DNA of 64,000 nucleotides, from assembly GCA_012295275.1 (NCBI GenBank), contig CM022671.1:21514001-21578000 (forward strand), written 5' to 3'. Source of the DNA: Chrysomallon squamiferum (Eukaryota; Animalia; Mollusca). The notes below the pieces were generated by a model that did no database searches, was not told where the DNA came from, and saw only the letters and a list, made by a program, of their open reading frames with translations. This document shows, one piece after another, positions 14,220 through 30,350 of this stretch; within the stretch, counting starts at the first letter, position 1; each line of letters starts with the position of its first letter. Both the position numbers and the translations under genes were made by a program.

Positions 14220-16383
14220 TAAAATTTTAATGAATTATATCACATGATAATTTTTTTTCTTTTTTAAATATTTCTAACAGTTTTTATGTTATTTATTATG
14301 TTTATTATTATTATTATTTCTTTATATATATTTTTTTTAAATTTTAATTTTAAAGCAAATAATGATTGGGCTTGATTTCATCATGAAAAGTTTAGCTATA
14401 TTAATCATTAATAATCTTCTTTTTTTTTTCTTTTTAAAGCAATTTTTGTTTTTATCTAAAGAATGTTCAAATAGTTTTTTCATTTTATTTTTTCACAATT
14501 TAACTGCATTTTATATGTATTTTTAACCTTTCTGACTTTATTTTTAATTTTTTTTTTTTTTATAGAGAATGCTGAAAGGGCACATGTTAATGGTCAAATC
14601 AAAAGACCATTAAAGAAAAAAAAAATAACAAGAAAAGAGAAATCTGCTCTCCCGCACAGAAAAGAGAAAGGAAATCTCTAAATCTAATGACGAAGAATCA
14701 CTTAAGGAAATAGTTTGTTTGACTACTAACAATATATTATTATATAATGTGTGGCAGCGAATCTGCGGAATCTGAAGTTTCCTGCAAAAAAATTGATATA
14801 GCAAAAACGTGGAAGAAGATTGTTATTGATTTTGTTAAAGCAAATAAATGATCAGGTGAACTGAGGGCTATTTAGGTTTGTATGTCACCAAGTGCAAGAA
14901 TAGTTCAGGTGAAATTGGACTTTTTTTTAAAATATATACATAAATCTTTTTTTTTTTGTTTTTTTTTTTTTTTTAAATTCTGATTTGCAGGACTTTAATT
15001 ATCATCTTTCTGATTCACCAGAACTTCTATAAACTTGATTCACAGAAATCTTTTTCATTCTGATTTGCCGATTTAGCATTGTTGTTCGCTTTTTATATTA
15101 TTTTGTTTATGTTTAAAAGACATATTTGATATTGGGTGCTTAGAGTGTAGAAGAATAATACGGTGGCTATTATTTGGGTTGATCTTCTTTTTTTTTTTTT
15201 AGACTTTGAAATAAAATGTTAAATAATCTTGTGAAATAATCAAGTTTTTTTTGTGGCAGGAAAATTAACATGGCAGAATATTTTCCAATTCCAATCTGTC
15301 TCGCTGTTAGACTGAATTATAACTGACTACTTAATGGTTTTCATTTGGAGGTGCTGGTACTGAGTGTGTTGTAATAAGCAAACTTCGAAGTCTTGTACAA
15401 TGATTTAGTTGTACTCTGGACAAAAATAAGAATAAAGTTAATATTAACTTACGTCAGTGGTAGTTTATTTCACTTAAATATATGTCAAATATTTTGTTAT
15501 TTTTATTTATTTATGTATTTATTTAATTTTATTTTTATTTTTTGTTTATATTTTTATTTTTTTTTTTTTTTTTTTTATATTCATAGCTTTATTATATTCA
15601 TAGATTTTTATTTTTATTTATTAATATTATTAATTTACTAATATTATTATTATTATTATTATTTATTATTATTAATAATCTATATATAAAAATATATTTT
15701 TGACATTGGGCTAACATTGTTCATGTTCATTAAAGTCTATTTTATTTACATAAATTTCAAATACACTATATTTCATCTCTATGCCTACCGTATTTGACAA
15801 AAATATTTTTCAAAATAAAAAATGAAAAGAAAGAATTTTAATTATTTTAGAATAATCAGAGAAGTTAAAAATTCCTTCATTTTCAGTTTTAGTTCTGTTC
15901 ATTGATTTTCCAGACAAAAAAAAAAAATAATAATAATAAAAAAATAAAAGATTTCCTAAAAAGACTAAATATCTACATAATTTCCAATCCTTGATTATGA
16001 AATGCAAAAAGTGCAGTGATTAAAAACCACACATGCATAACTTGCAGAATCGTAAACCATTCATATTTTGAATCCAGTGATTTCTGATGATTTGAATCAG
16101 CGTAGTTAGTAAAAATAAATAACGAAAGAAAGACAGAAATGTATATTGCAACTAATTAGTTTTTCTGTAACTACTGCAGGAGTTTGTTTTGTCTGAAGAA
16201 ATGTAAATGTAACAATTACAGATTGTTGAAAAATGTTTTAAAATCATTTTAGAGAGAGAAACTTTTTAAGTCACAGAGAAAAGTGATGACAAATTTTATT
16301 TTCAAGTTCTTGGTCCAAAAATTGTTTCTCATTGAAAAAACGCTCAGTTTTTATTGTGACTCTTGCAAAATGTTCATTTTGAA

Positions 16384-16389
16384 AATAAA
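16384..16389 (+). terminator. Candidate distal polyadenylation signal of UPF2
   Basis: AATAAA followed ~15-25 nt later by GT/T-rich sequence (gtgtattttgtttt). It would imply a ~2.5 kb 3' region. Other AATAAA hexamers occur upstream, so the choice is uncertain. Confidence 0.35.
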
Positions 16390-17790
16390 GAGCATTCTTG
16401 TTACCGTGTATTTTGTTTTAATTTATGATCACTGATTTAGTGTTTTAATTTTTTTAAATTTATATATATATATATTTTGTTTTTGTTTTGTTTAACTAAA
16501 ATATTTTCTGAAATCAAATTAGTATCCTACGAATATGTTGTTGTATTAATTTAATTGTTTTTCTACAAACAGTACTGTTTTCTGTTTTTCCATCTGCATG
16601 CGTACATGATCGTCCTGTCCATATTATTGCTGTAAAAGTCCAGGTCCGCGATCTCCAATCAGATGACGTAAATTATGGAAATACACCTTTTACCAAATGA
16701 ATTGTTTGTTTAAAACTATCTCTTAGCTAGTCAAATAATTTCCTTTCGCTTGGCTGTATTTTTGGCAGGTCTGTACATCCCTATATTGCCGCCGAGAGGG
16801 AAAAGATGCTATCGGCACAGATTCTTCAAAGTGATAACTTCAGATCGTCTTTATATTTGATGATTTTGTATTTTAAAACGTACTACGTTGAGACTCGTCA
16901 GATCACTATGGTTCCATGTGTAAAATAAAGAAATGGTTTCCTCTCGAAATGAATCCATCAGAAATATTTAAAAAAATGCAAATATGGCATCTTTAAGCTC
17001 CAAATCGAATACGCGCTAATTTAATTTAATATTATTTTATTTTTATTTTTATTTGAATTTTATTTTTTTATTATCTTTTAATTTTATTTTAATTTAATTT
17101 TTTTTTTTTTTTTTTTTTTTTTTTCTATTCTATTCTGTTCTATTTTCTATGTAAATTTATTTAACAGTTCCAATAGATATGTATAACTGTTAGTCAGTCT
17201 TCGTTTACCAAACATCCAATAATTCTGAAATGCCCTTGAGAACCGTCTACCTTTTTTCTACACGGGTATCGAGCTTTGGTTGTTTCCGACAACAGCCTAC
17301 AGAACTTTCCAAAACACCTCGTTTGTGTTTTCGTGCGCTTCATTAAACGAGAATTAAAAATAAAGTACGTGTAAATACCAAATTAAATTTTATTTATTTA
17401 TTTTTATTTTATTTTATTTTATTTTATTTTATTTTATTTTATTTTATTTATTTATTATTATTATTTTTGTTTATTTATTTATCTATTTATTTTTGTTCTG
17501 TTTTTGTTGTTGATTTTGATTTTTGATCTATGTATAACAAAGACTTCAAACAGATTTTCTTTTACACGAAATTCACACAACGTTCTTTATTCACATATTT
17601 TCTTTCTTTTTTTTATGTTTACACTTTCACAATCACTGTGGCCACTTGCTTTCGTTAAAACATCAATTGAGAAATAAATTTCAATATTTCGTTTATAATA
17701 CTTTTACTTTGCAAAAATATATGTTTTCTCAGTTACATAATTCAGTTCTGTTTTCAGGGTCTGTGAATAACTTGGAGACAAACATTTTGC

Positions 17791-19931
<2,141 letters not shown>

Positions 19932-21412
19932 CCTTCGATATGATAATATTCCTGAAAGCAGAAGAAGATTTTGTTTTATATATATATAATTAATTCCCTT
20001 AACCCCATATATAGAAAAGAAAACAACAAAACGTTTGAATAAATCACGAAGAAAAGTAGATAAAGGAAAAAACAAACAAAAGTCTATTTAATTTATTTCT
20101 AGAAAGCCTTGTATGGTTTCCATTTTTGCCCTTCGTGTTTGCCCTAATTATTAACATGGATGTTGTTGAATTTCTCATCAGTATCATCTTGTAATTATAA
20201 TAATTAGATACAGACAGTTATATGTAATTATTATAATAACAGAAGTTACAGATCATTGTCAAGGACTCACCTGGCTTATGACAGTAAAATATTTATTTTA
20301 TTTTTATTTCACCAGTACTACTGCTACTGTTACTGCTGAATATTAATACTAATAAACCTATCAGTAATATTACTGGCACTAGTGCTTCTACTACTGCCGC
20401 TACTACTACCACCAACAACAACAACAACACCTCCACCATACTACCACCACCATCACCACTACTACTACTACTACTGCAACTATCGCTGTTGCGTTTGGTG
20501 GTAGTACTCCTATTTCTGCTATTAATACTACTAATACATATAGCAAATTAATAATTACAATAAGAACAAGAAGAAGAACAACAACAACATAGTACACCAT
20601 TCCATTTTTCGTCTTTGTTTCTCGTTTTCTAATAATTGTTTAGAGACAAGAAACTAGGACTGGATTTAACTGTACGCTGAAAACCAAGCTGTTGCGGAGG
20701 GCCTGATATTCAGAGGGGGTTTGTGTGAATTCCACTTCAATTACTCCACAAGATGATTCTCTGTTTCAGCTTGTCACACCGGGCTACTAAAGTTGTTTGT
20801 AGCTTAGAGCTTCGTTACATCTAAATCCAATCCTTCACGAAATTGGAAAAACTGGAAAGTTCATTTTATTAGATTATACGCAAACATTCCCACACCCACA
20901 AGCATAAAAGGATTTCGTTAGTTTCATATATTTATATATAAAAAAGAACGGCAGACAAATACACAGGTAGAAAATAGGAGATACAGACAGAAAGAGAAAA
21001 AAAAACCCAGATGAATAGTTAGGGGGATATATAAATTTTAACATAAATGGGGGTGAGGATGGAATGGTGGATTGATGGATTGATTGATGGATAGACATAT
21101 GGACGGGTTTATGCAAGAGTGTAGTCACGGATAGACAAATAGACAGATAGACAGATGGATAGATAAAACAGAGTGAGATATTGATATACAGAGTAAGAGA
21201 GAAATGAGTAGTTTGATGGATGTATAAATTATAAGAAAGAGAAACAGACAAACAGAGAGATTGATGGAATGACAGACAGAAACAGGGTAAAAGTAAAAAA
21301 ATATCGTTCACAGAGAGTCGACTACCAACGTTTTACAAAGACCAGTAAAATTCGCATGTTGTGTGTATGTACATTTGTTATGAAATAATAAACTGAGACA
21401 CAAATAAACATG

Positions 21413-21544
21413 CGAGGGTCGGTTGACAAATTCATTGTCTGGCTTTTTCTGCTGAAATTTTAACATTTCTGATAACCCATCATTAATGAAGCACAGAAGA
21501 CAATGGCATTACGCTTAGCGTACGAACTTTTCAGCCAACCTTTG
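21413..21544. mobile_element. Degenerate Tc1/mariner-type MITE
   Basis: Imperfect terminal inverted repeats cgagggtcggttgacaaatt / aacttttcagccaacctttg, flanked by TG (mutated TA) and TA. They resemble mariner CGAGGG...AAAAGT termini. Confidence 0.5.
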
Positions 21545-24041
21545 TACATACGGACAAACATTATGATTATGTATCCAAAAACATAATGAATGTACCAGAC
21601 ATGGAAATAAACAAAGACCTTGTGATGAACTCGGATTTTTGTACGCTGCTATGAAGACAGCACAAGGAATAAGTTTTGTTTAGTAAGTAGTGACAGATTA
21701 ATCTGACGTAAAATCACTTTCCAAATCCATTCCTATTAGAAGACGAGACCCTGAACCGTAACGAACGAAATTTTTTAAATATTAAAGTAGTTTCTATAAT
21801 ATGGGAATCCATGTACATATGTTTAAAACTCCTACTTATATTACGAGGAGAAGTGTTTTCAGAAAGTTCGTTTCAAATTAACGTTTCTATCGATATTTTT
21901 TTTTCGAATAAGAACTTTTTTCCTTTTTGCTGTTGTTGTTGTGAGTGTTACGTATTTTCCCGCGTGTATGTATGTATGTATGTATGTATGTTTTTATGTA
22001 TTTAAGTACGTTTATGTATGTATGTATGTATATATATGTATGTATGTATGCTTGTTCATTCGTTTTTATGTATGTATCAACGCACTGCAATTCTTTTTCA
22101 TATCTTCTGTATGTTTATTAAACTCGATTAAACTCAAACACGCACGTACGCACGCACGCGTACACACACATTATTACCCTCAATTATTACCCTCAATTAA
22201 AGAAAACTGATCTGATCTTTTAAAAGCTCTTGGATTTTCATTACTCTGAAATTCTGCACCAGCCTTTGAGCAAAAATACATTTTTTTTTTTTAATACTAT
22301 AAAAAAATATATATGTCAAAGTTATCGTTTCTGACGATCCTTACAATACTGAGTAGATGACTAAGCACATTAGGTAGCTGATGTTGTTGAAAAGAAACGC
22401 AGTAAAGTTTATTCTCGGCGGACTAATGAAAACGTATTAATTCGCCATGTGTTGCTTTGAAAACAGCGCACTCAAAAAAAAAAAAAAAAAAAATCATTTC
22501 AAATAAACAAATAAAAACAAAGGATTTTAGAGTAAGTATAATTTCTATCCAAAAATAAATATAAATGTATTTTAGGTTATTATATCGCCACTGTTTCAGA
22601 CATTTTAAGATCCCCGGGAGCGAAACAGCCGCGAATTGTTTGTACAATTATTTGCTGAATAGTTATCATGACTGCAGTAGAAAGTGGTTAATCACGACAC
22701 CTACACAACACAGAACTGTGATTAACCGATTCATGTTGATCTCATTATTAAAACTGTTAACACTAAGAAGGAGATCATGATACAAGCACAATGAAGAAAA
22801 TGAACACTTCAACGATAAAGAGAAAATGCAAAATATAAAACCACAAAAATTAAGATTAAATAAAGTAATACTGGTCTAATTAATAATAAAATAATATTTA
22901 TCTGTCTGTTGTAATATTTGATCACATACTGCGTTGATAACTAAAATGTTTTATTCATAATCTTTGTTTCGGGATACCAGATATATTTAATGCCTAACAG
23001 TTAAATTTAACTAAAAATTTGTAGACAAATATTAAATTTGTAAAATATTGCGAGAGACCTTACTATAAACTAAGGCCAGTCTCCAGTGAGATATTTTTCA
23101 AACTGAAAAAAGTGTTGTTTAAACCAGCTAAAGATATCTTTCACAGAGTCGAATAGAAGCTTTATGGAAAGATAAATAAAATTCTCATGCTGTTTATGTA
23201 TACAAGTACAAAGGTAAGCACTTTTTCGATAGCCGGATGATGAATTCACTGATGTCTGTGTAGTGATAATTTGCTTTGAAAAATAAATAACGCAGTGGAA
23301 TTAGTGTAGTCAGTTTTGTAATTGATGTTTTTTTGTTCTTTCTTTCAAAAACATGTCTCTGGAACAATGCAAAGCGAATGTTGAATTAGTGTACACGTTG
23401 TTGATGAATGGATGTGAGCTGGGAAATGTGGGCGTAATGAAATTGCCAAGGAGGAAAGTGTTTATTTACTAGTGATTGCACTCATCTCTTTTTACGATTA
23501 TATGCCGAGTGTGTGTGTGTGTGTGTGTGTGTCTCTCTCTCTCACGTGTTCTACCTTATCTTACGTTGTTGCGGCTACACCCACACATAAATTTAATTTT
23601 AAGAAATAATGTGATTATATTAAAAGATTTCACATTATATACTGTGCTCAAATAACTAAAATATTATATTCTAAACAATAAACATTACAGAAATAACAGT
23701 GACAATTTAAGAAATAAAAATTATAATATCAATAAAAAACAAAACAAATAAAAAACAACAACAAAAACATTAAATAAAAATAAAAATAAATAAAAATAAA
23801 CTTTATTAAAAATGAACAGCTAGTTATAAATGCACTTCATTTTAATTACAAGAATAAAAAAATAATGTTACAAATTTAGCTGAAATGATATAGAAATTTA
23901 AGGGATCTTGTGAAGTTCAACGTATCATTTAGCAACCTAATTTAATAACAAGAAACAGCAAGCACATTACCAGATTTACTTTGAGAAACGATACCAGAAA
24001 GCATTTCTTATTAGAATAAGAAACCTAGTAAAATTCAAGGC

Positions 24042-24076
<35 letters not shown>

Positions 24077-24141
24077 TTTTTTTACACCAAGCTTTTAATC
24101 ACAAAAACACAAACAAAACAAAATCACATTAAAAGTTTTAC

Positions 24142-24275
24142 CTTGCGAAGCGATACTGTAAAATATCTTCCGTGAAAATAAGTAATCTCGTCAAATTCAA
24201 GGCATCATTCAGCACCATGCTTGTCCCATCGTTTTTAAGTGAGAGGAAGATTGTAAGGCGAACTAACTCTTTATA
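24142..24275 (-). promoter_or_regulatory. Candidate TATA promoter and non-coding first exon of the secreted-precursor gene
   Basis: On the - strand: TATAAA (24275-24270), Inr-like TCACTT ~35 nt downstream (24242-24237), then donor AAG|GTAAAA after 24142. Lies in a GC-richer island upstream of the coding exon acceptor at 19951. Confidence 0.5.
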
Positions 24276-24740
24276 TGGAATCTGCCATCGTATTAATATA
24301 ACAAAACGCCTGATGGGGGCGTCCAAAGGCCTTCGTAATGTCTGCTGTTGTTATGGCAATGCAGCGTACCGGATTTACAAACATCTGGCTTTTTATTGGC
24401 CGATATTGAATCACGAGATGACTACGAGAGGTGGGAGATTAAGATATAGACACCATTTTAATGCCGCCTTCAGTAGCGTCTCTATTTATTACATCCGAAT
24501 CTCTAAGGACCAATTCTTATACAAAGATGGGAATTTAGTGATGGAGGAAAAAATCGTTTGTTAATCTTTTATGCAGTCCATTATTTATTAACTAACGTGC
24601 CTCCGGTGTCTGGTAATAATCTTTTAATGTTATTTTTACTTATTTATTTATTACTTTACTACTGTTCTGCTGCAACAACAACAACAACAACAATAACAAC
24701 AGTTTCTGTCATTACTATTTATTTAGTTACTTAGTATATG

Positions 24741-24814
24741 AATTAGAAGAATGACAGCAAGTATCTTTTATATATATATATATATAAAAGATACTTGCTG
24801 TCATTCTTCTAATT
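24741..24814. repeat. Perfect 74-bp palindrome centred on (TA)n
   Basis: aattagaagaatgacagcaagtatctttta + (ta)7 + taaaagatacttgctgtcattcttctaatt; the 30-bp arms are exact reverse complements. Confidence 0.95.
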
Positions 24815-27246
24815 TTAAAAAATATCGTGATTATATTAAAAGATTTCACATTATATACAGTGCTCAAATAACTAAAATATTATATTCTAAACAATAAACA
24901 TTACAGAAATAACACTGACAATTTGAGAAATAAAATTAATAATATTAATAATAAAAATAAAAAAAATAAAAAATTAAAAAATTAAAAACCCACAACAAAA
25001 ACATTAAATAAAAATAGAAATGGCATTTTAATTCAGAAAAATACATAAACATTTTCATGTCCCTAAAATTTTACATCATATAAATATGGTTTTCTATATA
25101 TATAACAATATTATCTATGTGGGTTCATTGTGCTATTTATCACATTTTCTATCTTTAAATATCTTTAAAAAAAAACGAAAACGAAAACTTTCTGATTAAA
25201 ACAACGAAAACTATATGAAACTGAGCTTTAGCTCATTGAGAAAACTGCTGATTTTTAACATCAGAGTTCGTAAGTTCAACTCTCGTTGCTACCCTCATTG
25301 TAAAATCAAAGGCATGATGATGATAATTCACAATGGTGTTTATTATTTAAAATTTTTATTTGTATTTTGTCAGTTATTTATTTATTTATTATTGATTAAT
25401 TATTATCGTCATCATCATCATTATTATTATTATTATATTTTATTTTATTATATTTGTCCTCTGGGGTGAAGCATTATTACATATAAAAGATCACTTCCTA
25501 CTAGTAAAAGTGGCATATACCACTAAAAATATTAAAAATGTATAATGTGAATCGTTAAATAAAACATTTCTTCCATTTATTGCGATTGTCAAACATAAAA
25601 ATAATAATAACAAAAGAAGCATACACCTAATCCATAATGATGGCATTCCAGACCGATTTTGTTAACTGGTTATGTGTGACACTGTGCACTTTCCTAGGTT
25701 TATTAGCATCTTCGTATAAGATATTTTGAATAATTTCAAAGGAACATTTTATTTCCTGAGAGACTGGACAGTTTGTTAATAAAGATTTATTCTAATTTAT
25801 TCCTAGTGAATTTTTACTATCTGATAATAAGATTTCGGTTACCGTATTTGTGGCTATTAAGTATCATTAACACTGAATTAATTTACATCCACAGAATTAT
25901 GCACATATGTATGTGTATTAAACCAGTCGTCCGCCTACAACAAAGACAGAAATGTAAAACACACTAACAAAAGTGTAAAATATTAAATATATATTGCATT
26001 ATTTTATAACAGGTGACCAAATGTCAATACAGCATCCTCAACAAGTGATTTTTATTTTGATTTTGTATTATTATTATTATTATTATTATTATTTTTATAT
26101 TCAGTTCTATCAGTGCCATATAACAAACTGTAAGAATAACTCCCACGCGAAAATTTAAAACAGGAGAGGTCGTTGTACTTTCTACACTGTCCGCGCCCCT
26201 CCTTTTTAAACTGAGGGGAAAAATATATACATTAAGTTCCAACTCAGAACAAAATTAGATAAGTTGTTAGGTGTGATTCAGATAAATGTAAATTATCTTT
26301 GTAAATACAAGAAGATTTTTTATCATAAACTGTAGTTATAAGTTCAGTATTTGGAAAAATGTATACCAAAATAGTAGTAGTTGTAGCAGTAGTAGTGGCA
26401 GCAACAGTAGTAATAGTAATAGTTTCGGTAGAAGTAATAGTACCATTAGTGGTGGTGGTGGTGGTAGCAGCATACATAAATCTACCAAATCGGAAAAAAA
26501 TAACGATATTAAAATCTTAAAATAAATTACCTCCCTTGACACTGATGCACTGGTTGTTGTTGGGGAGTGAACACGGGAAGTAATTTCTCTACGTTTTAAT
26601 ACTGTTATTGTCGTTCTTAGGTAATCCATAAAAGCAAAATGGACGAAGAAAAGCCGATTCTTCTTTCTTGAATTCTTAATTATGTCAAGTGTGACAAAAA
26701 GCATCACAAGAGAGATTTCACCACGGCGTCTTGGGAAAGCGAAAACAGGAAACCGAGAAAGCTGTTGAGGTTAATAAGCATATTAAAACTACGTGTCAAA
26801 TGCAGATAGAAGGCTCTCTGACATCACTGAATCTGGACAAGAACTGTGTGTTAGTTTTATATTTTCTTATAAAATTGATATAATATATTTTACATACACG
26901 CTTTCTTTTCTTGTAATCTCAGTGGTCAAATGCATTGTTTATCTGAGCGATGCTTCCAATTTATTGTTTTCTGATGTTTTGTACACTGTACAGAACAGAA
27001 TACGGTTTTTCGTGTCATCAAGCAGCGTTTGTATGAATGATTTTTCCCTTAAACTTTAAGTTAAAGTGTACCTTTAAAGTGACGCGAAGAAATAGTTTAA
27101 ATATATTCTGCATACTTCCACGTTTTGTTTGTTTGCTTATTTGTTCTTTTGCCGTCGAATCTTAATTAACGAAGCAAAAGAACAAAAGAGAACTGATTAA
27201 AATATTTGGGAACCGTCATTATTATTTTTATTTATTTATTTATTTA

Positions 27247-27285
<39 letters not shown>

Positions 27286-28388
27286 GTCATTGCGAACAAC
27301 GGTGCCGATTTGCTTTTCTGAAAATTCTGATAATTGTTTCTTTTATTTATGTAACTGATTTTATGAAAATGTTCAGCACCGTCTCTGGGTGACTTTGCAT
27401 TCACTAATACAACAGTTTTAAAACCTGTATCGATTACGTTTGAAGTTAAAAACATTTATTTATTTTTTTTTTTTTTTTTTGTTTGTGTGTTTGTTTTAAG
27501 GCTACGTCCACAAGAATAAATGTCTGCAGTTATTTATTTATTTTTTGTTCTATTTTCTATCTTCTATTTTCTGAGACAATGAAATAATGTTGATTTTTAA
27601 ATTATTTTTTCATCAAGTTTGTATTCGTTATGTTTAAATCAGAATTCTGTCTGAGATAATTAATTTTTTTTTTTTTTTTCCTTTCTTCACCAAAAGGAGA
27701 CAAACAGATTAAAATTATAAAAAAAAAGGGAAACAAATTGGTAGACACAATAACAATAAAAGCACAAAGAAATAAAACTTTCTAAATTCAAATTAAGATC
27801 AGTACTGACATTAATCAAACCGATTTTTTGTCTTGTGATAACAAACATGCTCTTATTAAATTACCATCTGTCTTTTTCTTATTATCCATCTTTTCATAAC
27901 GCAGCGCATCAATTTGAAAAACCGTTGTTTTTTTATGACAAGATTTCAAAAGTGTTTCAGTCTCACATGAAATGTATTTTTTTTTTAACAATCGTATTTT
28001 ATTATTTTTATAATATGATTTAAAGTTTTCTTATTTTTAACAACACTTGAGCATTTTGGACAAACACTGAACCATGTATGTTTTACTAAAAAGTGGGCAG
28101 ATATTCTTTCGTATTCACAGACATACGGATTTCTTTTGACCTGTTCTTCCCCCAGATTTCCTATTCTCCGCTGGAATAACCATAATAAAACTAATACCAT
28201 AATAATTAAGAATATCAGAGTGTACATAAAGATCAATAAATAGACAAAATGCAAATAATATTATTAATTAAAATACATAAATTATTTTTCTGAATATTTC
28301 ATAGCGCTCTGTATTTACATGACCTATTAGACATGAGAAAGAAATCGTCCTTTCCTTCGGTATGGGTTTTATTTATTTATTTATTTAT

Positions 28389-28443
<55 letters not shown>

Positions 28444-29559
28444 GCAGTAGTAATAACAAAAACAACAACAATAATAAAATTAGTGCGTGTTCATGTCTGC
28501 GTGCATGCATGTAAAGGAAATATGAATGAAAATTACAGTTATTATAATTATGATTAGTAATCAGTTTTAACAGAAGCGTCCTGTCGGAATTTTTCATCTG
28601 TTAATGTGTACTTGTGAACCGCTCTGTGTACTTAGCTGAATAACAAAATTCAAAGGTTTTATATTCTGAATATGTTATCTCTGTGTTCATTACTTATATT
28701 TACTGAATTACTGTGATAATGAACAGCGTATTTGGTGTTGATAATAATAACAGGTGTAATTATCAGCGATCTATCATGAAACCTGCGTGGTTACTGGACT
28801 ATTATGTTTGTTAGCCTTCATCTTGCGTGAAAAAAAAAAAAAATCAAATTAGTGAAGTCAAGTTTGGTATATAGATAAACTATAAACGGAAAATTTTTTA
28901 AAAAATTTCGGAACAAAATCTTTATTCAGGATTCAAAGCAGTGGAATGTTCAGTATTAGTGTCCATAGAACTTCCATTTTGTCGTATTATTAAAAGACAC
29001 ACGCCTTTCTTACGAGATTTCAACCAAGCGAGTTTTATTCGCATTGTATGTATATATATAGAGAGACATTCAGTAAGCCATCATTTTCTAATTTATTTAG
29101 TCTTAAGGAACAGACGCTATGGATTCACGTTAAACGCTTTGTTTATCTTTTACCAGGATTCGTTCTCTGAATCTTCAGGTCTTTACTATAGATGAACGAC
29201 GAGGATTGGCCAAAGGAATGTCTAACCTCACTGAAAAGTACTCTGGGGAAAAACAGATTGTTTTTATTAACTTGGTTTAACATCACTTCAGTGCGTAATA
29301 TTAATTTACGTTACTTATTGCGTTAGTTTGTACCCGTGACATTTTTACAATCGGCTGACATTCACTAATGTAAGAAAATGGCGAGGAATAACGACGGAAA
29401 AAAATCTTCAGGGATTTGGTTTTCATTCTGCAGTAGATTATTAGAGGAATATTGATTGATTTCGTAAATGATACATCGTTAATGACTAATTCAGATACTA
29501 TAGATTACTAGAGAATTCTGGATATAATTACTAAGGACCTCAAAAGATAATTAGGAAAG

Positions 29560-30350
29560 AAATACGGACAGAGTAGACTGAGAAATACGGACTGCATTGG
29601 TCCAGAAATCAGTACGGAATTATTAGAAAAATCAGTGTAGAATTAGTAGAGAAATCAATGTAGAATTAGTACAGAAATCAGTGAAAATTTACTACAGATA
29701 TCAGAATTAGTAGAGGAACAAGTATAGAACTAGTACAGAAATCAATGTAGAATTAGTACAGAAATCAGTAAAAATTTACTACAGAAATCAGAATTAGTAG
29801 AGAAATCAGTACAGAATTATTAAAAAAATCAGTGTAGAATTAGTACAGAAATCAATGTAGAATTAGTACAGAAAATAAAAATTTACTACAGAAATCAGAA
29901 TTAGTAGAGAAATCAGTGTAGAATTATTAAAAAAAATCAGTGTAGAATTAGTACAGAAATCAATGTAGAATTAGTACAGAAATCAATGTAGAATTAGCAG
30001 AGAAATCAGTGAAAATTCACTACAGAACTCAGAATTAGTAGAGGAACAAGTATAGAACTAGTACAGAAATCAGTACAGATTTAGTACAGAAATCAATGTA
30101 GAATTAGTACAGAAATCAGTACAGATTTAGTACAGAAATCAATGTAGAATTAGTAGAGAAATCAGTACAGATTTAGTAGAGAAATCAGTGTAGAATTAAT
30201 GAAGAAATTAGTAAAGAAATATGGACAGAATTAGTTGAGAGATCGGAACTAGTAGAGGAATACCGACGGAGTAGAATGAGAACTATGGACAGAATTAATA
30301 CAGAAATAAGGAAAGGGGAGATAAATCAGGACAGAATTAGTACAGAACTA
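29560..30350 (+). repeat. Minisatellite, ~23-bp unit AGAATTAGTACAGAAATCARTGT
   Basis: Many tandem variant copies, homogeneous in the centre (29630-30190) and decayed at both ends. Confidence 0.9.

Larger units (their letters stand above)
23611..25016 (+). repeat. Direct duplication of ~170-190 bp (copies ~23611-23782 and ~24827-25016)
   Basis: Both copies begin gtgattatattaaaagatttcacattatatac.gtgctcaaataactaaaatattatattctaaacaataaacattacagaaataaca.tgacaattt with few substitutions. Confidence 0.9.

Noticed and set aside
29560-30350. CRISPR-like appearance of regular short repeats
   Set aside because: Units are directly tandem with no unique spacers, there are no cas genes, and the DNA is eukaryotic.
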